In this document: piece after piece, positions 16,418-25,591 of the stretch
Position numbering within the stretch: the first letter of the stretch is position 1
Layout of the letters: every line of letters starts with the position of its first letter
IMG/VR virus record: IMGVR_UViG_3300010356_002264
Length of the DNA: 64,000 bases
Reading direction: 5' to 3' (one strand)
Source: a virus
Lineage: Duplodnaviria; Caudoviricetes
Program-made: the position numbers and the translations under genes
Notes under the pieces: generated by a model
The model's input: only the letters and a program-made list of their open reading frames with translations
What the model was told of the DNA's origin: nothing
The model's database searches: none

Positions 16418-19156
16418 ATGAGCCTAGCCGACCTGTTTGATACGAATCCGAACCAACCGATCGCCGTGGTCCCCGCGTGGGCCAAGGAGTGCGAGTTCAT
16501 CCTCCTGACCGCTGAGACGCTGCCCGCCTTCGTCGACGAGTGCATCGCGAGCGGGGAGTACGGGCTCGACTCCGAGACGACGGGCCTCGACAAGCGGGTG
16601 CGCAACGGCCGCACGATGGACAAGATCGTCGGGCTGTCGTTGTCTCCGGACGGCAAGCGCGCGGGTTACGTGCCGATCCGACACCAGGAGGGGTCCGAGC
16701 ACAACGTGCCCTGGAGCGTGGTGTCCAGGGAGCTCCACCGTCTCCAGGTGGCGATGGAGCAGAAGCAAACCACGTGCGACTTCTTCAACGGGGCATTCGA
16801 CGGAGAGATGTTGGAGTTCTGCGGCGACGAGCAGCCCTGGAACCCGATGGAAGACGTGGCCACCTGGCGAGACGGGCTCATGCTCGCCTACCTCTCCAAC
16901 CCGGCGCGGAAGAAGATCGGCCTCAAGACCCTCGCCAAGGAGGACCTCAAGCTGGAGGTGATCGACCTGGTGAGCCTCTTCCCGCCGGGCACCACGCAGA
17001 TCGACTTCTCGCTCCTGAACCCCGCACGTCTGGACGTGCTCGCCTACGGGTGCATCGACGCGATCCTGCATCGCCGGATCGCTCGTCACTTCGAGCCCAA
17101 GGCTCGACAGCCCGCCGAGGGGCATCCGCAGTACCGGCAGGACGCGGTCATTCGCATCGAGCAGCTATGCCTGCTGGCGACCCGCTGGATGGTGCGCAAC
17201 CGCGTGGGGATCGACCGCCAGCGTGCCCGGGAGCTCATCGAGCTTGGACAGCGGGAGTGGGTGGAGGCCGTGCGGTCCTTCTACGAGGAGGCGAGCACGA
17301 TCCTCGGGCGCAACGTCGCGCCAGGGGCTTTCCGGCTGCTCTTCGAGAACTTCAAGCCCGACGTCAGCAAGACCTTCGACGAGATGCTGGCGGAGCGCAG
17401 GAACCTCGCGGCCAACCTGTATGGACCCGACCCGACCGAGCTCATCGTCAAGGGGACGCAGGAGTTCCCGGCGGTGTGCGAGATGACCTCCCCCGCGCAG
17501 CTTGGCGACCTGCTCACCGAGCTGGGCGTGCCTGGCCTGCGGATGACCGAGAAGGAGACCCAGGTCGACACCAGCAAGGAGGAGATCGAGCGGATCGCCG
17601 AGGAGTACGGCGACAAGTTCCCGTTCGTCAAGAAGGTCCGCAAGGCACGGCAGGCCGCCGCCGCGCTCACCAACTGGCTCCTGCCTCTCTACGACGAGTG
17701 CGACGAGGATGAGACGGCCGCCTTCCCGTTCAAGCAGTACGGGACGGAGACGGGACGTTTTGCCTCGCCTCAGGACAAGAACCTGCCCAAGGGCTGGCCG
17801 AAGATGAACTTCCAGAACATCTCGACGCCCCGCAAGGACCGGCCCGAGTGCATGAACCGCACGCGCGAGTGCATCCGGGCGCGCAACCCCGAGGGGGTCA
17901 CGCCCGCGAAGCGTCGCTACATCGTGAGCGTCGACATGTCGGGCGTCGAGCTCCGCATCGTGACCAACCTGTCGCGCGAGCCCAAGTGGGTCGAGGCGTT
18001 CTTCACCTGCGCAGAGTGCGGGATGCAGTTCTCTCGCGGAGATGGAGTCGAAACCCCCGACCCCCCTCCACCGCGCTGCCCCAAGTGCGGGTCCGACCGC
18101 ATTGGGGACCTCCACGCCTCCACGGCGATTGAGGTGCTCGGAGCCCGCCAGAGCGACGCCGACTGGAAGGACAAGCGAGGCAAGGGCAAGATCCTGAACT
18201 TCGCCCTCTGCTACGGGGGCGGGGGGGACGCGGCGGCCCGCGCGATGGGGACCGCAGACAAGAACGAGGGCTGGCGGATCAAGAAGAAGTTCGACGAGAA
18301 GTACTCGGGCCTGCGCGCCTGGTGGGACTACGTCCGCGACCTAGCTCGCCAGGTGGGTGGAGTTTTCTCCGCGCTGGGTCGCTGGATCCCCACGCCGGGC
18401 ATCCACGACAAGAACGGCTACATCCGGTCGACCGCTGAACGCAACGCCCTCAACGGGCCGGTCCAGGCGACCTCGGCCGACCTCACCAAGCTCGCGATGG
18501 GCCTGGTGTACAAGGACTTCAGGCGTCGCGGGTGGCTAGAACGCGCGCCGCTCATCGCCTGCATGCACGACGAGCTCGTGTTCGAGATGGAGGCCGAGAT
18601 CATGGAGGAGGCGATCGACGTGATCGTCGACCTCATGGCTCGCAACGGCATCGTGGTGAAGCTCAAGTGGCTCGTCCCCCTCACCTGCGACATGGAGATC
18701 GGCACGAACTGGTCGGTCCCCTGGAACCTCACCGAGATGCGCGCGGGAGAGGTCCGGTTCGTTGGCGACAAGAAGTACAAGAAGCGCGAGGACGCCGAGA
18801 AGGACGGGCACCGGTGGGAGGACCTCCCGAGCTTCCCCGAGTGCCTGCGGCCGTTCTTCAAGCGCCAGACGCTGGGGTACGAGGTCAAGGGGCACGAAGA
18901 GAAGTCTGCGCCTCCCAAGTCGGTCCAGGTGGCCTGCCTCGTGCTGGAGGTTCCAGCGCTCTCGGAGATTTGGGCCGAGCGGGTGGCCTCCATGATCGTC
19001 GCGTGTACAGGCAGCGGGGACGTCCTCCTGCGCGTCGAGTCGGGGGGCGTCACGCTGGGGATCCTGGACGCCCAGGACGCCCCGATCAAGACGAGCCGCG
19101 AAGTCGCTGAACGCACCGCACGCGCCTACGGGATGACCCTACGGAACCAGGAGTAA
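16418..19156 (+). CDS. polA: DNA polymerase family A with 3'-5' exonuclease
   Basis: ExoI LDSETTGLD, FNGAFD, YGCIDA; TETGRFAS, NFQNI, motif A VDMSGVELRI, motif B RGKGKILNFALCYG, NGPVQATSADLTK, motif C MHDEL; GGGTA 9 nt upstream. Confidence 0.96.
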   Translation: MSLADLFDTNPNQPIAVVPAWAKECEFILLTAETLPAFVDECIASGEYGLDSETTGLDKRVRNGRTMDKIVGLSLSPDGKRAGYVPIRHQEGSEHNVPWSVVSRELHRLQVAMEQKQTTCDFFNGAFDGEMLEFCGDEQPWNPMEDVATWRDGLMLAYLSNPARKKIGLKTLAKEDLKLEVIDLVSLFPPGTTQIDFSLLNPARLDVLAYGCIDAILHRRIARHFEPKARQPAEGHPQYRQDAVIRIEQLCLLATRWMVRNRVGIDRQRARELIELGQREWVEAVRSFYEEASTILGRNVAPGAFRLLFENFKPDVSKTFDEMLAERRNLAANLYGPDPTELIVKGTQEFPAVCEMTSPAQLGDLLTELGVPGLRMTEKETQVDTSKEEIERIAEEYGDKFPFVKKVRKARQAAAALTNWLLPLYDECDEDETAAFPFKQYGTETGRFASPQDKNLPKGWPKMNFQNISTPRKDRPECMNRTRECIRARNPEGVTPAKRRYIVSVDMSGVELRIVTNLSREPKWVEAFFTCAECGMQFSRGDGVETPDPPPPRCPKCGSDRIGDLHASTAIEVLGARQSDADWKDKRGKGKILNFALCYGGGGDAAARAMGTADKNEGWRIKKKFDEKYSGLRAWWDYVRDLARQVGGVFSALGRWIPTPGIHDKNGYIRSTAERNALNGPVQATSADLTKLAMGLVYKDFRRRGWLERAPLIACMHDELVFEMEAEIMEEAIDVIVDLMARNGIVVKLKWLVPLTCDMEIGTNWSVPWNLTEMRAGEVRFVGDKKYKKREDAEKDGHRWEDLPSFPECLRPFFKRQTLGYEVKGHEEKSAPPKSVQVACLVLEVPALSEIWAERVASMIVACTGSGDVLLRVESGGVTLGILDAQDAPIKTSREVAERTARAYGMTLRNQE

Positions 19157-19208
19157 CCGGGAACATCGAGGGCTGCACGCGTTTTTGCTCGCGTGCTACG
19201 AACCAGAC

Positions 19209-20123
19209 ATGACAGGACGTCAAAGGCCGATTCCTCTGTGTGGGGGGATCGTCAACATATCGACCATCCCTCAACGAAGTCCCTTCCGATATCCAGGGGG
19301 GAAAACTTGGCTGATTCCGCGCATCCGGCAATGGCTACGCTATCGTCGGCCGTCCGTGTTGGTCGAGCCCTTCACAGGAGGCGGGATCGTGGGTCTTACG
19401 GCCGTCTTCGAGGGTCTCGTAGACCACACAATCTTTGCCGAGATTGATGATGAGGTAGCGGCAGTGTGGTCAACGATACTAGAGGGAGGATCTGAGTGGC
19501 TGGCGGGCCGCATCTTGTCTTTTGACCTGAACATAGACAACGTGCGTGACCTCCTCCTGCGCACTCCTTGTGACACAGCTGAGAAAGCATTTCAGACCAT
19601 CGTTCGTAATCGGACCCACCATGGAGGCATCCTGGCTCCAGGGTCCTCGCTCACCAAACGGGGAGAGAATGGGAAGGGTTTAGGGCAGCGTTGGTATGCG
19701 AAAACGCTAGCCCAACGCGTCAGGGCAATCGGAAGTCAGCGCCACCGGTTTACCTTCCTACACGGAGATGGCATTGAGGTGATGAAGTCGCACGCGACGG
19801 ACCCCCAAACCGCCTTCTTCATCGACCCGCCCTACACCGCAGGAACGACGGAGGATGGAAGCAAGAGGGCTGGATCTCGACTGTACCGACATCACGAGGT
19901 GGACCATAAGCACCTTTTTGCGGTGGCTTGTAACTCCGTGGGAGACGTTCTTCTGACGTACGACGACACCCCAGAGATTCGAGAGATCGCGAACCTACAT
20001 ACGTTCGTAGTGAAACGCGTAGCCATGCAAAACACCCACAACACGAAACTGTCGGAGCTCCTAATAGGCCGAGACCTGTCTTGGTTCCGTCCCAGCTTGA
20101 CGCAACAGGAGTTTTTTTCGTGA
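19209..20123 (+). CDS. Dam-like (D12 class) DNA adenine methyltransferase
   Basis: SPFRYPGGKTWL, VEPFTGGG, FFIDPPY; visibly lower GC than its neighbours; start uncertain. Confidence 0.9.
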   Translation: MTGRQRPIPLCGGIVNISTIPQRSPFRYPGGKTWLIPRIRQWLRYRRPSVLVEPFTGGGIVGLTAVFEGLVDHTIFAEIDDEVAAVWSTILEGGSEWLAGRILSFDLNIDNVRDLLLRTPCDTAEKAFQTIVRNRTHHGGILAPGSSLTKRGENGKGLGQRWYAKTLAQRVRAIGSQRHRFTFLHGDGIEVMKSHATDPQTAFFIDPPYTAGTTEDGSKRAGSRLYRHHEVDHKHLFAVACNSVGDVLLTYDDTPEIREIANLHTFVVKRVAMQNTHNTKLSELLIGRDLSWFRPSLTQQEFFS

Positions 20124-20686
20124 GCGAAATCAGGAAGACGATCGAGCGGGTCGCCTGCGACCTACACACCGACGACAACGCCGCGACGGCCGATCCCTTG
20201 TTCTGCGTGTTCCAGAAGCAGCGCGTATACGGGGTGTCGAGCGACTACACCGACGACTTCGTCTGGGTCATCCCCGACGGGGAGGGCACGGAGGCCGACC
20301 TCGAAGAAGCGGCTCACCTGGAGAAGATCGGGAGGGAGGCGGCGGAGGCCCTCGGGTGGCGGCGCGTCGGCTACAAGGAGTTCGACGCGTTCGTGACGGC
20401 GTGCCTCACGCGCGCGGGCGCCGAGGCGTGCATCGCCCGCGACGGACACAACCTGCGGCAGCCCTTCGTCTACGTGACCAGCCTGTACCGCAACGAGGAG
20501 ATGATCTCGGTGCGGAAGCACCTCATGACGCTGAAGCCCGTCCCCCCACCGCCTCCGAAGTACGCCCCGAACACGTGCAACCGCCACGACGACTGCGCAG
20601 CCGCGGACGAGAAGGCCCAGGCGAAGGGTTGCCTCTTCGCAGTCCACTGCCGCGACGAGGATTGTGAGGACTGCTTCGGGCAGTAG
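20120..20686 (+). CDS. phage protein, ead/Ea22-associated domain-like, with Cys/His tail
   Basis: DNAATADPLFCVFQK...FVTACLT......RDGHNLRQPFVYV.S.YRN.EM; GTGA overlap. Confidence 0.6.
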   Translation: MSEIRKTIERVACDLHTDDNAATADPLFCVFQKQRVYGVSSDYTDDFVWVIPDGEGTEADLEEAAHLEKIGREAAEALGWRRVGYKEFDAFVTACLTRAGAEACIARDGHNLRQPFVYVTSLYRNEEMISVRKHLMTLKPVPPPPPKYAPNTCNRHDDCAAADEKAQAKGCLFAVHCRDEDCEDCFGQ

Positions 20687-21355
20687 CTAGCGGCCCTTCT
20701 TGGCGGGAGCCTGGGGCGTGGTCCTGGGCTTCCCCGCGGGGGGCTTCTTGGCCGCGGGCTTCCCCGCGGGGGGCTTCTTGGGGGCGGACTTCCGCGTGGC
20801 GGGCTTGGCCTGAGCGAGGCCCGCGTGGCTCACCGCTACGCTCATCTCGCCGAGCTCGATCGCGGCGTCCACCTTCTTCCACTGGGCGATGAGGAGACCC
20901 CACTCGGACGAGGCGGTCGCCAGGACGCCACGGAACCGCTTGCCCTCGGGGGAGTTGAGGATGCGGCGCAGCTCGACGAGGTCAGCCTCCGTGGCGGGAA
21001 CGGGGACCTTCCCGCGGCAGGACACGCGACCGTGCGCGATGGCGGACCGGGCGACGTGCTCGTCCACCTCCTGCCCGTAGGCGCTCGTGTCGGCCGCGTG
21101 CCTGATGACGGCCTGGGCGAACTTCCCGACGGGGAGGTTCGAGTCCGGGTCGGGGTCGCGGGGCTTGGGCTCCGGGGGGCGGTGCAGGTTCGGGTTCGTG
21201 CGCGCCACCTGCACGTCCTCACGGGCGACCTGCATCGCTCGCGCCACGATGCTCGCTCGCTTGTCCCCGCTGAGTCCTGGGTACAGCGCGTGCACCCAGG
21301 CGTCGAGGGACGTGCGCGCGTTGTTCTCGTGAGACTTGTTGGTCAGTTCGCTCAT
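20687..21355 (-). CDS. hypothetical protein with a histone H1-like K/P/A-rich tail
   Basis: GGGTA 10 nt upstream; KKPPAGKP repeated. Confidence 0.7.
   Translation of the reverse strand: MSELTNKSHENNARTSLDAWVHALYPGLSGDKRASIVARAMQVAREDVQVARTNPNLHRPPEPKPRDPDPDSNLPVGKFAQAVIRHAADTSAYGQEVDEHVARSAIAHGRVSCRGKVPVPATEADLVELRRILNSPEGKRFRGVLATASSEWGLLIAQWKKVDAAIELGEMSVAVSHAGLAQAKPATRKSAPKKPPAGKPAAKKPPAGKPRTTPQAPAKKGR
20726..20781. repeat. 30-bp-period coding tandem repeat (GGGCTTCCCCGCGGGGGGCTTCTTGG x2)
   Basis: Copies start at 20726 and 20756. Confidence 0.85.
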
Positions 21356-21396
21356 GCCGGCATGATACCCCGATATAATCACCACACCCCAAGCAG

Positions 21397-21942
21397 ATGC
21401 CTGACCTACTACAGACCTGCCTCGACGACATGCGACCCCAGGCCCCGGACATCACCCCGGACCTGCTGGCGCGCTTCTACTGCGTGCGGTGCAAGAACCT
21501 CGAGTGCGACCGGTCTGGCTGGCGCAGCGACCCGCTGAGCGAGCGGGTGCGCACCCAGGCCGAGCGCCTGCTGAACCCCAGGCAGGCGGACCCGAAGTCC
21601 TCGCGGTACGCGCCCATCGTCCAGCACGACTTCGTCGACAAGCGCGAGGAGGCGGAGGCGTGGTCGCGCTCGCGACCGTCCCCTCCCAACTTCCTGGAGG
21701 CGTCCGAGACTCCGGCCGGAGTGCCCCTGGCGACCCCGGCGCGACGTCCCGTGCTGCGAGCGGTGCCCATGCAGTCGGTGTGGGAGGTGGGCTCCCCCAC
21801 CCCGACGTCGGCAGGGCCGGTCCGCGACCCCTGGGACCCACGGAGCGGGCGCACGGTCGCGCCGCGCGCCACGCTCAAGTTCCGCGAGGACGGGACGATC
21901 GACCTCGGTACGGGCGGGGACAAGGGAGGCGAGACACCATGA
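21397..21942 (+). CDS. hypothetical protein with N-terminal CxxCxxxxC
   Basis: FYCVRCKNLEC; coupled to the next gene. Confidence 0.7.
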   Translation: MPDLLQTCLDDMRPQAPDITPDLLARFYCVRCKNLECDRSGWRSDPLSERVRTQAERLLNPRQADPKSSRYAPIVQHDFVDKREEAEAWSRSRPSPPNFLEASETPAGVPLATPARRPVLRAVPMQSVWEVGSPTPTSAGPVRDPWDPRSGRTVAPRATLKFREDGTIDLGTGGDKGGETP

Positions 21943-22949
21943 GCGCCATCGTCGTCCGCAGCCACGCCCTGGAGATCGCGCGGGCGCGCGTCGACTGCGT
22001 GCGCGCGGACGGGACCCCCATGCGAAACCCGCTCCTCTCCGCGATGGAGGCGGAGCGGGCAAGCGTGGACCGGCTCGCCACCGCGGACCCCTCCACGCGT
22101 GCGCTCGCGGCGGAGCGCGCCGCGCAGGGGGACCTGCGGGGGGCGGGGGACCTCGGCGTCGACGCTAGGCTCATCTCGGGGGCCCGGGAGCAGCGCCTGC
22201 TCCCGGGCGTGGTCGAGGAGATGCCCGCGTACTTCGAGCACCGGACCACCCGGGCGCTCGCGCCCCCGGACGCTTCCCGGCAGGAGCGGGCGGTCGTCGC
22301 GGTGGGCGTGGGGATGATGTCGAGCGTGGCGCGCGCCGGCGCCGTCCGCCCCCTGTTCGACCTGGTGGCCGAGGCGGTGCGCGCGCGCACCGGCGTGCGC
22401 GTCGAGCCGAGGGAGGCGCGGTCCGGTCAGGCCGCTCCCTGGCGAAGCTGGACGATCCACCTGTGGGGGGCCGACGCGGCGAGCGGCCAGTTCGGCTACC
22501 TGAGGACGGCCGCCGCCGTCCTGGCGGCGAAGGTCGCTCCCGACCTCACGGGCTACCCGCTCGACGAGCCCGCGTGGCTGGAGGTGCGCGACGTGGAGGA
22601 CCTGGGGGGCCGAGAGTTCGGCTGGGCGGCGCGGGTGGGCGCGTGGCGAGAGGCGCAGGCGCTCGCCGCGGGGGACGGGCTGGATCCCGCGCCCCTCTCG
22701 ATCGTCCCTGATCCGCCCCCGGAGCGCGCCCCGGATGACCTGCCGGCCTACCACACCCTCCTCATCGAGGGGGGGCAGGAGGTGCACGTCCTCTGCCCCG
22801 GTGGCCCTCCGATCCACCACCGAGGGGGTGAGGCTCAGACGGTTCGGTCCATCATCGCGCACACCGACGAGCTTGACCGCCTGTGCGGCTACCTGCGGGA
22901 GCTCGGGTGCCTGGTGCAGGTCGACCCGGCGGAGTGCGATCTTGCATGA
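21939..22949 (+). CDS. hypothetical protein
   Basis: ATGA overlaps at both ends; SD GGAGG. Confidence 0.65.
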   Translation: MSAIVVRSHALEIARARVDCVRADGTPMRNPLLSAMEAERASVDRLATADPSTRALAAERAAQGDLRGAGDLGVDARLISGAREQRLLPGVVEEMPAYFEHRTTRALAPPDASRQERAVVAVGVGMMSSVARAGAVRPLFDLVAEAVRARTGVRVEPREARSGQAAPWRSWTIHLWGADAASGQFGYLRTAAAVLAAKVAPDLTGYPLDEPAWLEVRDVEDLGGREFGWAARVGAWREAQALAAGDGLDPAPLSIVPDPPPERAPDDLPAYHTLLIEGGQEVHVLCPGGPPIHHRGGEAQTVRSIIAHTDELDRLCGYLRELGCLVQVDPAECDLA

Positions 22950-23728
22950 TCGCTCTTTGGGACAAGAACACGTCAGGAGGCACGATGTTCCCCCAGAGAT
23001 CCCTCAGCGCCGCGGACGAGACCTACGACTTCGCCGAGTGGGCGCTCAACGTCCGCCCCACCCCCGTGTCCAGCCACGACGTGCGCCGCTGGGCTGAGTC
23101 CAAGCTGCGCCTGAAGACGCGACCCCCCGTGGTCAAGCGCCCGGGCTCCCGGTTCCAGGTGGGGGATGAGGTGCGGGTTGACGCCAACAAGCACAAGGAC
23201 CTCACGACGGTCATGCCCTACGTCAGCGTGGACTCCGAGGTCGGAGAGGTCACCAAGGTCAACGGCCCCGACGTGACGGTGAAGTTCCAGGGCGGCAAGG
23301 AGGTCCTGCTCCAGAACGCCAACGTCGCGACGGGGTCGGGGCTGTTCCGGTACTCGGAGCCGGAGGTCGTCGAGGGGTCGCCGCGCTTCGAGATGGTCTA
23401 CACCGCGGACCCGACGGCGACCACGTCCAGCGACCAGAGGCTCGTCGTGGAGCTCTACGTCCAGCGGGGCGCGGAGCGCGGCGACATGAAGCGCCACGTC
23501 TCCTACTACAGCGGCTACGCCTACTTCGGGCGCGAGACCCAGGGGGGTGGGTGGCTGCTCGTCGCGGGTCCGCACCAGCGTGCCGACCCGAGCGGCCGGC
23601 AGCAGATCCGCAGCTTCAACCCCGCCAAGGGCAAGGTCCACTACCTGGGCCTCATGGGACATCGCCCTACGGGATGGAAGCAGGACCTCGCGGACTTCCG
23701 GGAAGGTCAGCAGGCCGCGGCCGTGTGA
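22946..23728 (+). CDS. hypothetical protein with KOW/SH3-like segment
   Basis: RFQVGDEVRV...GEVTKVNG.DVTVKF. Confidence 0.7.
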   Translation: MIALWDKNTSGGTMFPQRSLSAADETYDFAEWALNVRPTPVSSHDVRRWAESKLRLKTRPPVVKRPGSRFQVGDEVRVDANKHKDLTTVMPYVSVDSEVGEVTKVNGPDVTVKFQGGKEVLLQNANVATGSGLFRYSEPEVVEGSPRFEMVYTADPTATTSSDQRLVVELYVQRGAERGDMKRHVSYYSGYAYFGRETQGGGWLLVAGPHQRADPSGRQQIRSFNPAKGKVHYLGLMGHRPTGWKQDLADFREGQQAAAV

Positions 23729-23844
23729 TCCGCGACGGGAAACTCCCGCACCGAGGAATCGTAGATTTTTTCCTTGACGTTGCCCCTCGTTGGTCAGCTC
23801 CAAGTCCGATGTCTACCTCCACTGGAGGGAGGAGGTACCACTAC

Positions 23845-24327
23845 ATGCGACCACGAAAGACTTCTCCCTTGTTGACCCACTTCGCCCTCGGAGCCCTGCT
23901 CCTTGGGATCGCGGGGTGCGGTCTTGGCAGCGAGGGGGGTGGCGAGTATCCGTTCGTCACCCTCAAGGTGGCGGCGCTCAGCCTGGAGACGCGCTACGTC
24001 AACGTGACGGGAGACGCGGACTGTCGGCCCGGCCCCTACCCTGTCACCTACCGCTGGGGAGCTGCGGCGCTGGAGGGGTGCTTCAAGATCCCGGCCCAGT
24101 GCTTCGTGGGCGCACCGAGCTACTCGGTCTCCCTCCTGGGGATCAACGACAGCGGGGTCGTCATCCAGACGGGGACCGGCACGGTCAAGGGGACCACCGA
24201 CATCCTGCGCCCCCCGGCCGGACCGGCCCAGACGGTCGTGCTCCTCATGACCCCCCGAACCCCTCCCGCCAAGCTGAACGGCTTCCGCCCGAACGAGGCG
24301 TGGCCGGAGATGACCCCATGTCAGTAG
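23845..24327 (+). CDS. putative lipoprotein
   Basis: Basic N-terminus, hydrophobic stretch, lipobox IAGC; SD GGAGG; upstream CAGCTC (23795) predicts +1 at 23831. Confidence 0.75.
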   Translation: MRPRKTSPLLTHFALGALLLGIAGCGLGSEGGGEYPFVTLKVAALSLETRYVNVTGDADCRPGPYPVTYRWGAAALEGCFKIPAQCFVGAPSYSVSLLGINDSGVVIQTGTGTVKGTTDILRPPAGPAQTVVLLMTPRTPPAKLNGFRPNEAWPEMTPCQ

Positions 24328-24527
24328 CCCGGATGATCGAGGTGGTCAGCGGCGCGCTGCTCCTGGCGATCCCCCTCACCCTCGCCGTGTGGTGGAACGG
24401 TGCGGTCGTGAAGCCCCGCGACCGCCTCCTTGAGTGCGGTCCTGACAAGGCGTGTCGCGCCGAAGCGCTGCGCGACTTCACCGCCCATCATGTGGTGGCC
24501 GCGAGGCTCAACCAGCTATCGCGCTAG
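24318..24527 (+). CDS. small membrane-anchored protein
   Basis: One TM segment (VVSGALLLAIPLTLAVWW). Confidence 0.6.
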   Translation: MSVARMIEVVSGALLLAIPLTLAVWWNGAVVKPRDRLLECGPDKACRAEALRDFTAHHVVAARLNQLSR

Positions 24528-24563
24528 CAGCTCCGATCCGTCCGTCGACATCGACCCTCCGGC

Positions 24564-24923
24564 ATGTCCGCCCCCAACTTCCGTCTGCGCCTGTCGGACC
24601 GAGCGCAGTCCGTCCTGGAGATATTCGTGCTGGACTCGGCGATCCCCGACGAGGAGTTCCCGCGGCTGCGAGCCTGCGCGGACCTCGCTCACGGGGTCCT
24701 CGTCGTTCCTCGCGCCCAGGTGGACGAGGTGCTCCGCGAGCTAACGGAGCTCGCCAACGCGGAGGACGATCGAGCCAACCCTCGGGACGAGCCGGACCCG
24801 GAGCGGCGGGCGCACGCGCGCTACGGGCGGGACGCCATCACCGCGGTCGGGTCCCGGCTGCTGCGGGAGGCGTACCCTCGTCCTCCGGCGTTCGGGGGGG
24901 ACGGGTCGCCTGGTAGAGCTTGA
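24564..24923 (+). CDS. hypothetical protein
   Basis: CAGCTC-N18-CGAC (24528) exactly 36 nt upstream. Confidence 0.7.
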   Translation: MSAPNFRLRLSDRAQSVLEIFVLDSAIPDEEFPRLRACADLAHGVLVVPRAQVDEVLRELTELANAEDDRANPRDEPDPERRAHARYGRDAITAVGSRLLREAYPRPPAFGGDGSPGRA

Positions 24924-25560
24924 AGTTGTCCAGGGTGATCTTGCGTATGTCCGCCCGGGTACGGAACGTGGACGCGAGGCTCCCGTGTTCGACGACGGTG
25001 TCGTGCCACACCCCGAGCCGTAGCCCCGTCGCGCGCACCCGGTCCGAGTAGTCGTTGTCGTCGTAGCCGTACCCGACGAACCGCTCGTCCAGGGGTCCCA
25101 CGCGGGCGTACACCTCGCGCGGGATGAGGACGCACACGAACATGAGGGCGGTCGGCTCCTCCCGCAGGCCCGCGGCCCCTGGGTACCAGCGCTGGCGGTC
25201 GTTCCCCACGACCCCCTTGACGGCGGGGGAGCACAGGCCGAGCTCGGGGCGCTGGCGGACGGCCTCGACCATCGTGGTGAGGCCGCGCGGGGTCTGGAGG
25301 AGGGCGTCGTCGTTGAGGAGCACCACGTCGCTGTCGGCCGCCGCGATCCCGAGGTTCGCGTTGCGCGCGAACACGAAGGGCTTCGCCCCCTGCACCCAGC
25401 AGAGACCGGGGAGGGCAGGCTCGGCCTCGGAGCGAGCCCCGTCGTCCACGACCACCACGTGGTCAGGGGGCAGGTCGGGCTCCATCGCCTGGAGGGCGCG
25501 GACGCAGGGCACGAGGTTGCTCGCGCGCGCGGAGAGGATCACTACCTTGTAGGACGTCAT
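24838..25560 (-). CDS. glycosyltransferase family 2
   Basis: VVVVDDG, FARNANLGI, VVLLNDD, VGPLDERFVGYGYDDNDY. Confidence 0.9.
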   Translation of the reverse strand: MTSYKVVILSARASNLVPCVRALQAMEPDLPPDHVVVVDDGARSEAEPALPGLCWVQGAKPFVFARNANLGIAAADSDVVLLNDDALLQTPRGLTTMVEAVRQRPELGLCSPAVKGVVGNDRQRWYPGAAGLREEPTALMFVCVLIPREVYARVGPLDERFVGYGYDDNDYSDRVRATGLRLGVWHDTVVEHGSLASTFRTRADIRKITLDNFKLYQATRPPRTPEDEGTPPAAAGTRPR

Positions 25561-25591
25561 GGGGGCAGCCTCCCAGGTTTGCGCTACGTCA

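Noticed and set aside
18000-18115. Intein in polA
   Set aside because: The insertion is only about 30 aa and has no C-terminal His-Asn followed by Cys/Ser/Thr.
21939-22949. Possible capsid-like protein
   Set aside because: Only a vague impression; no recognisable HK97-fold motif or head-gene context.
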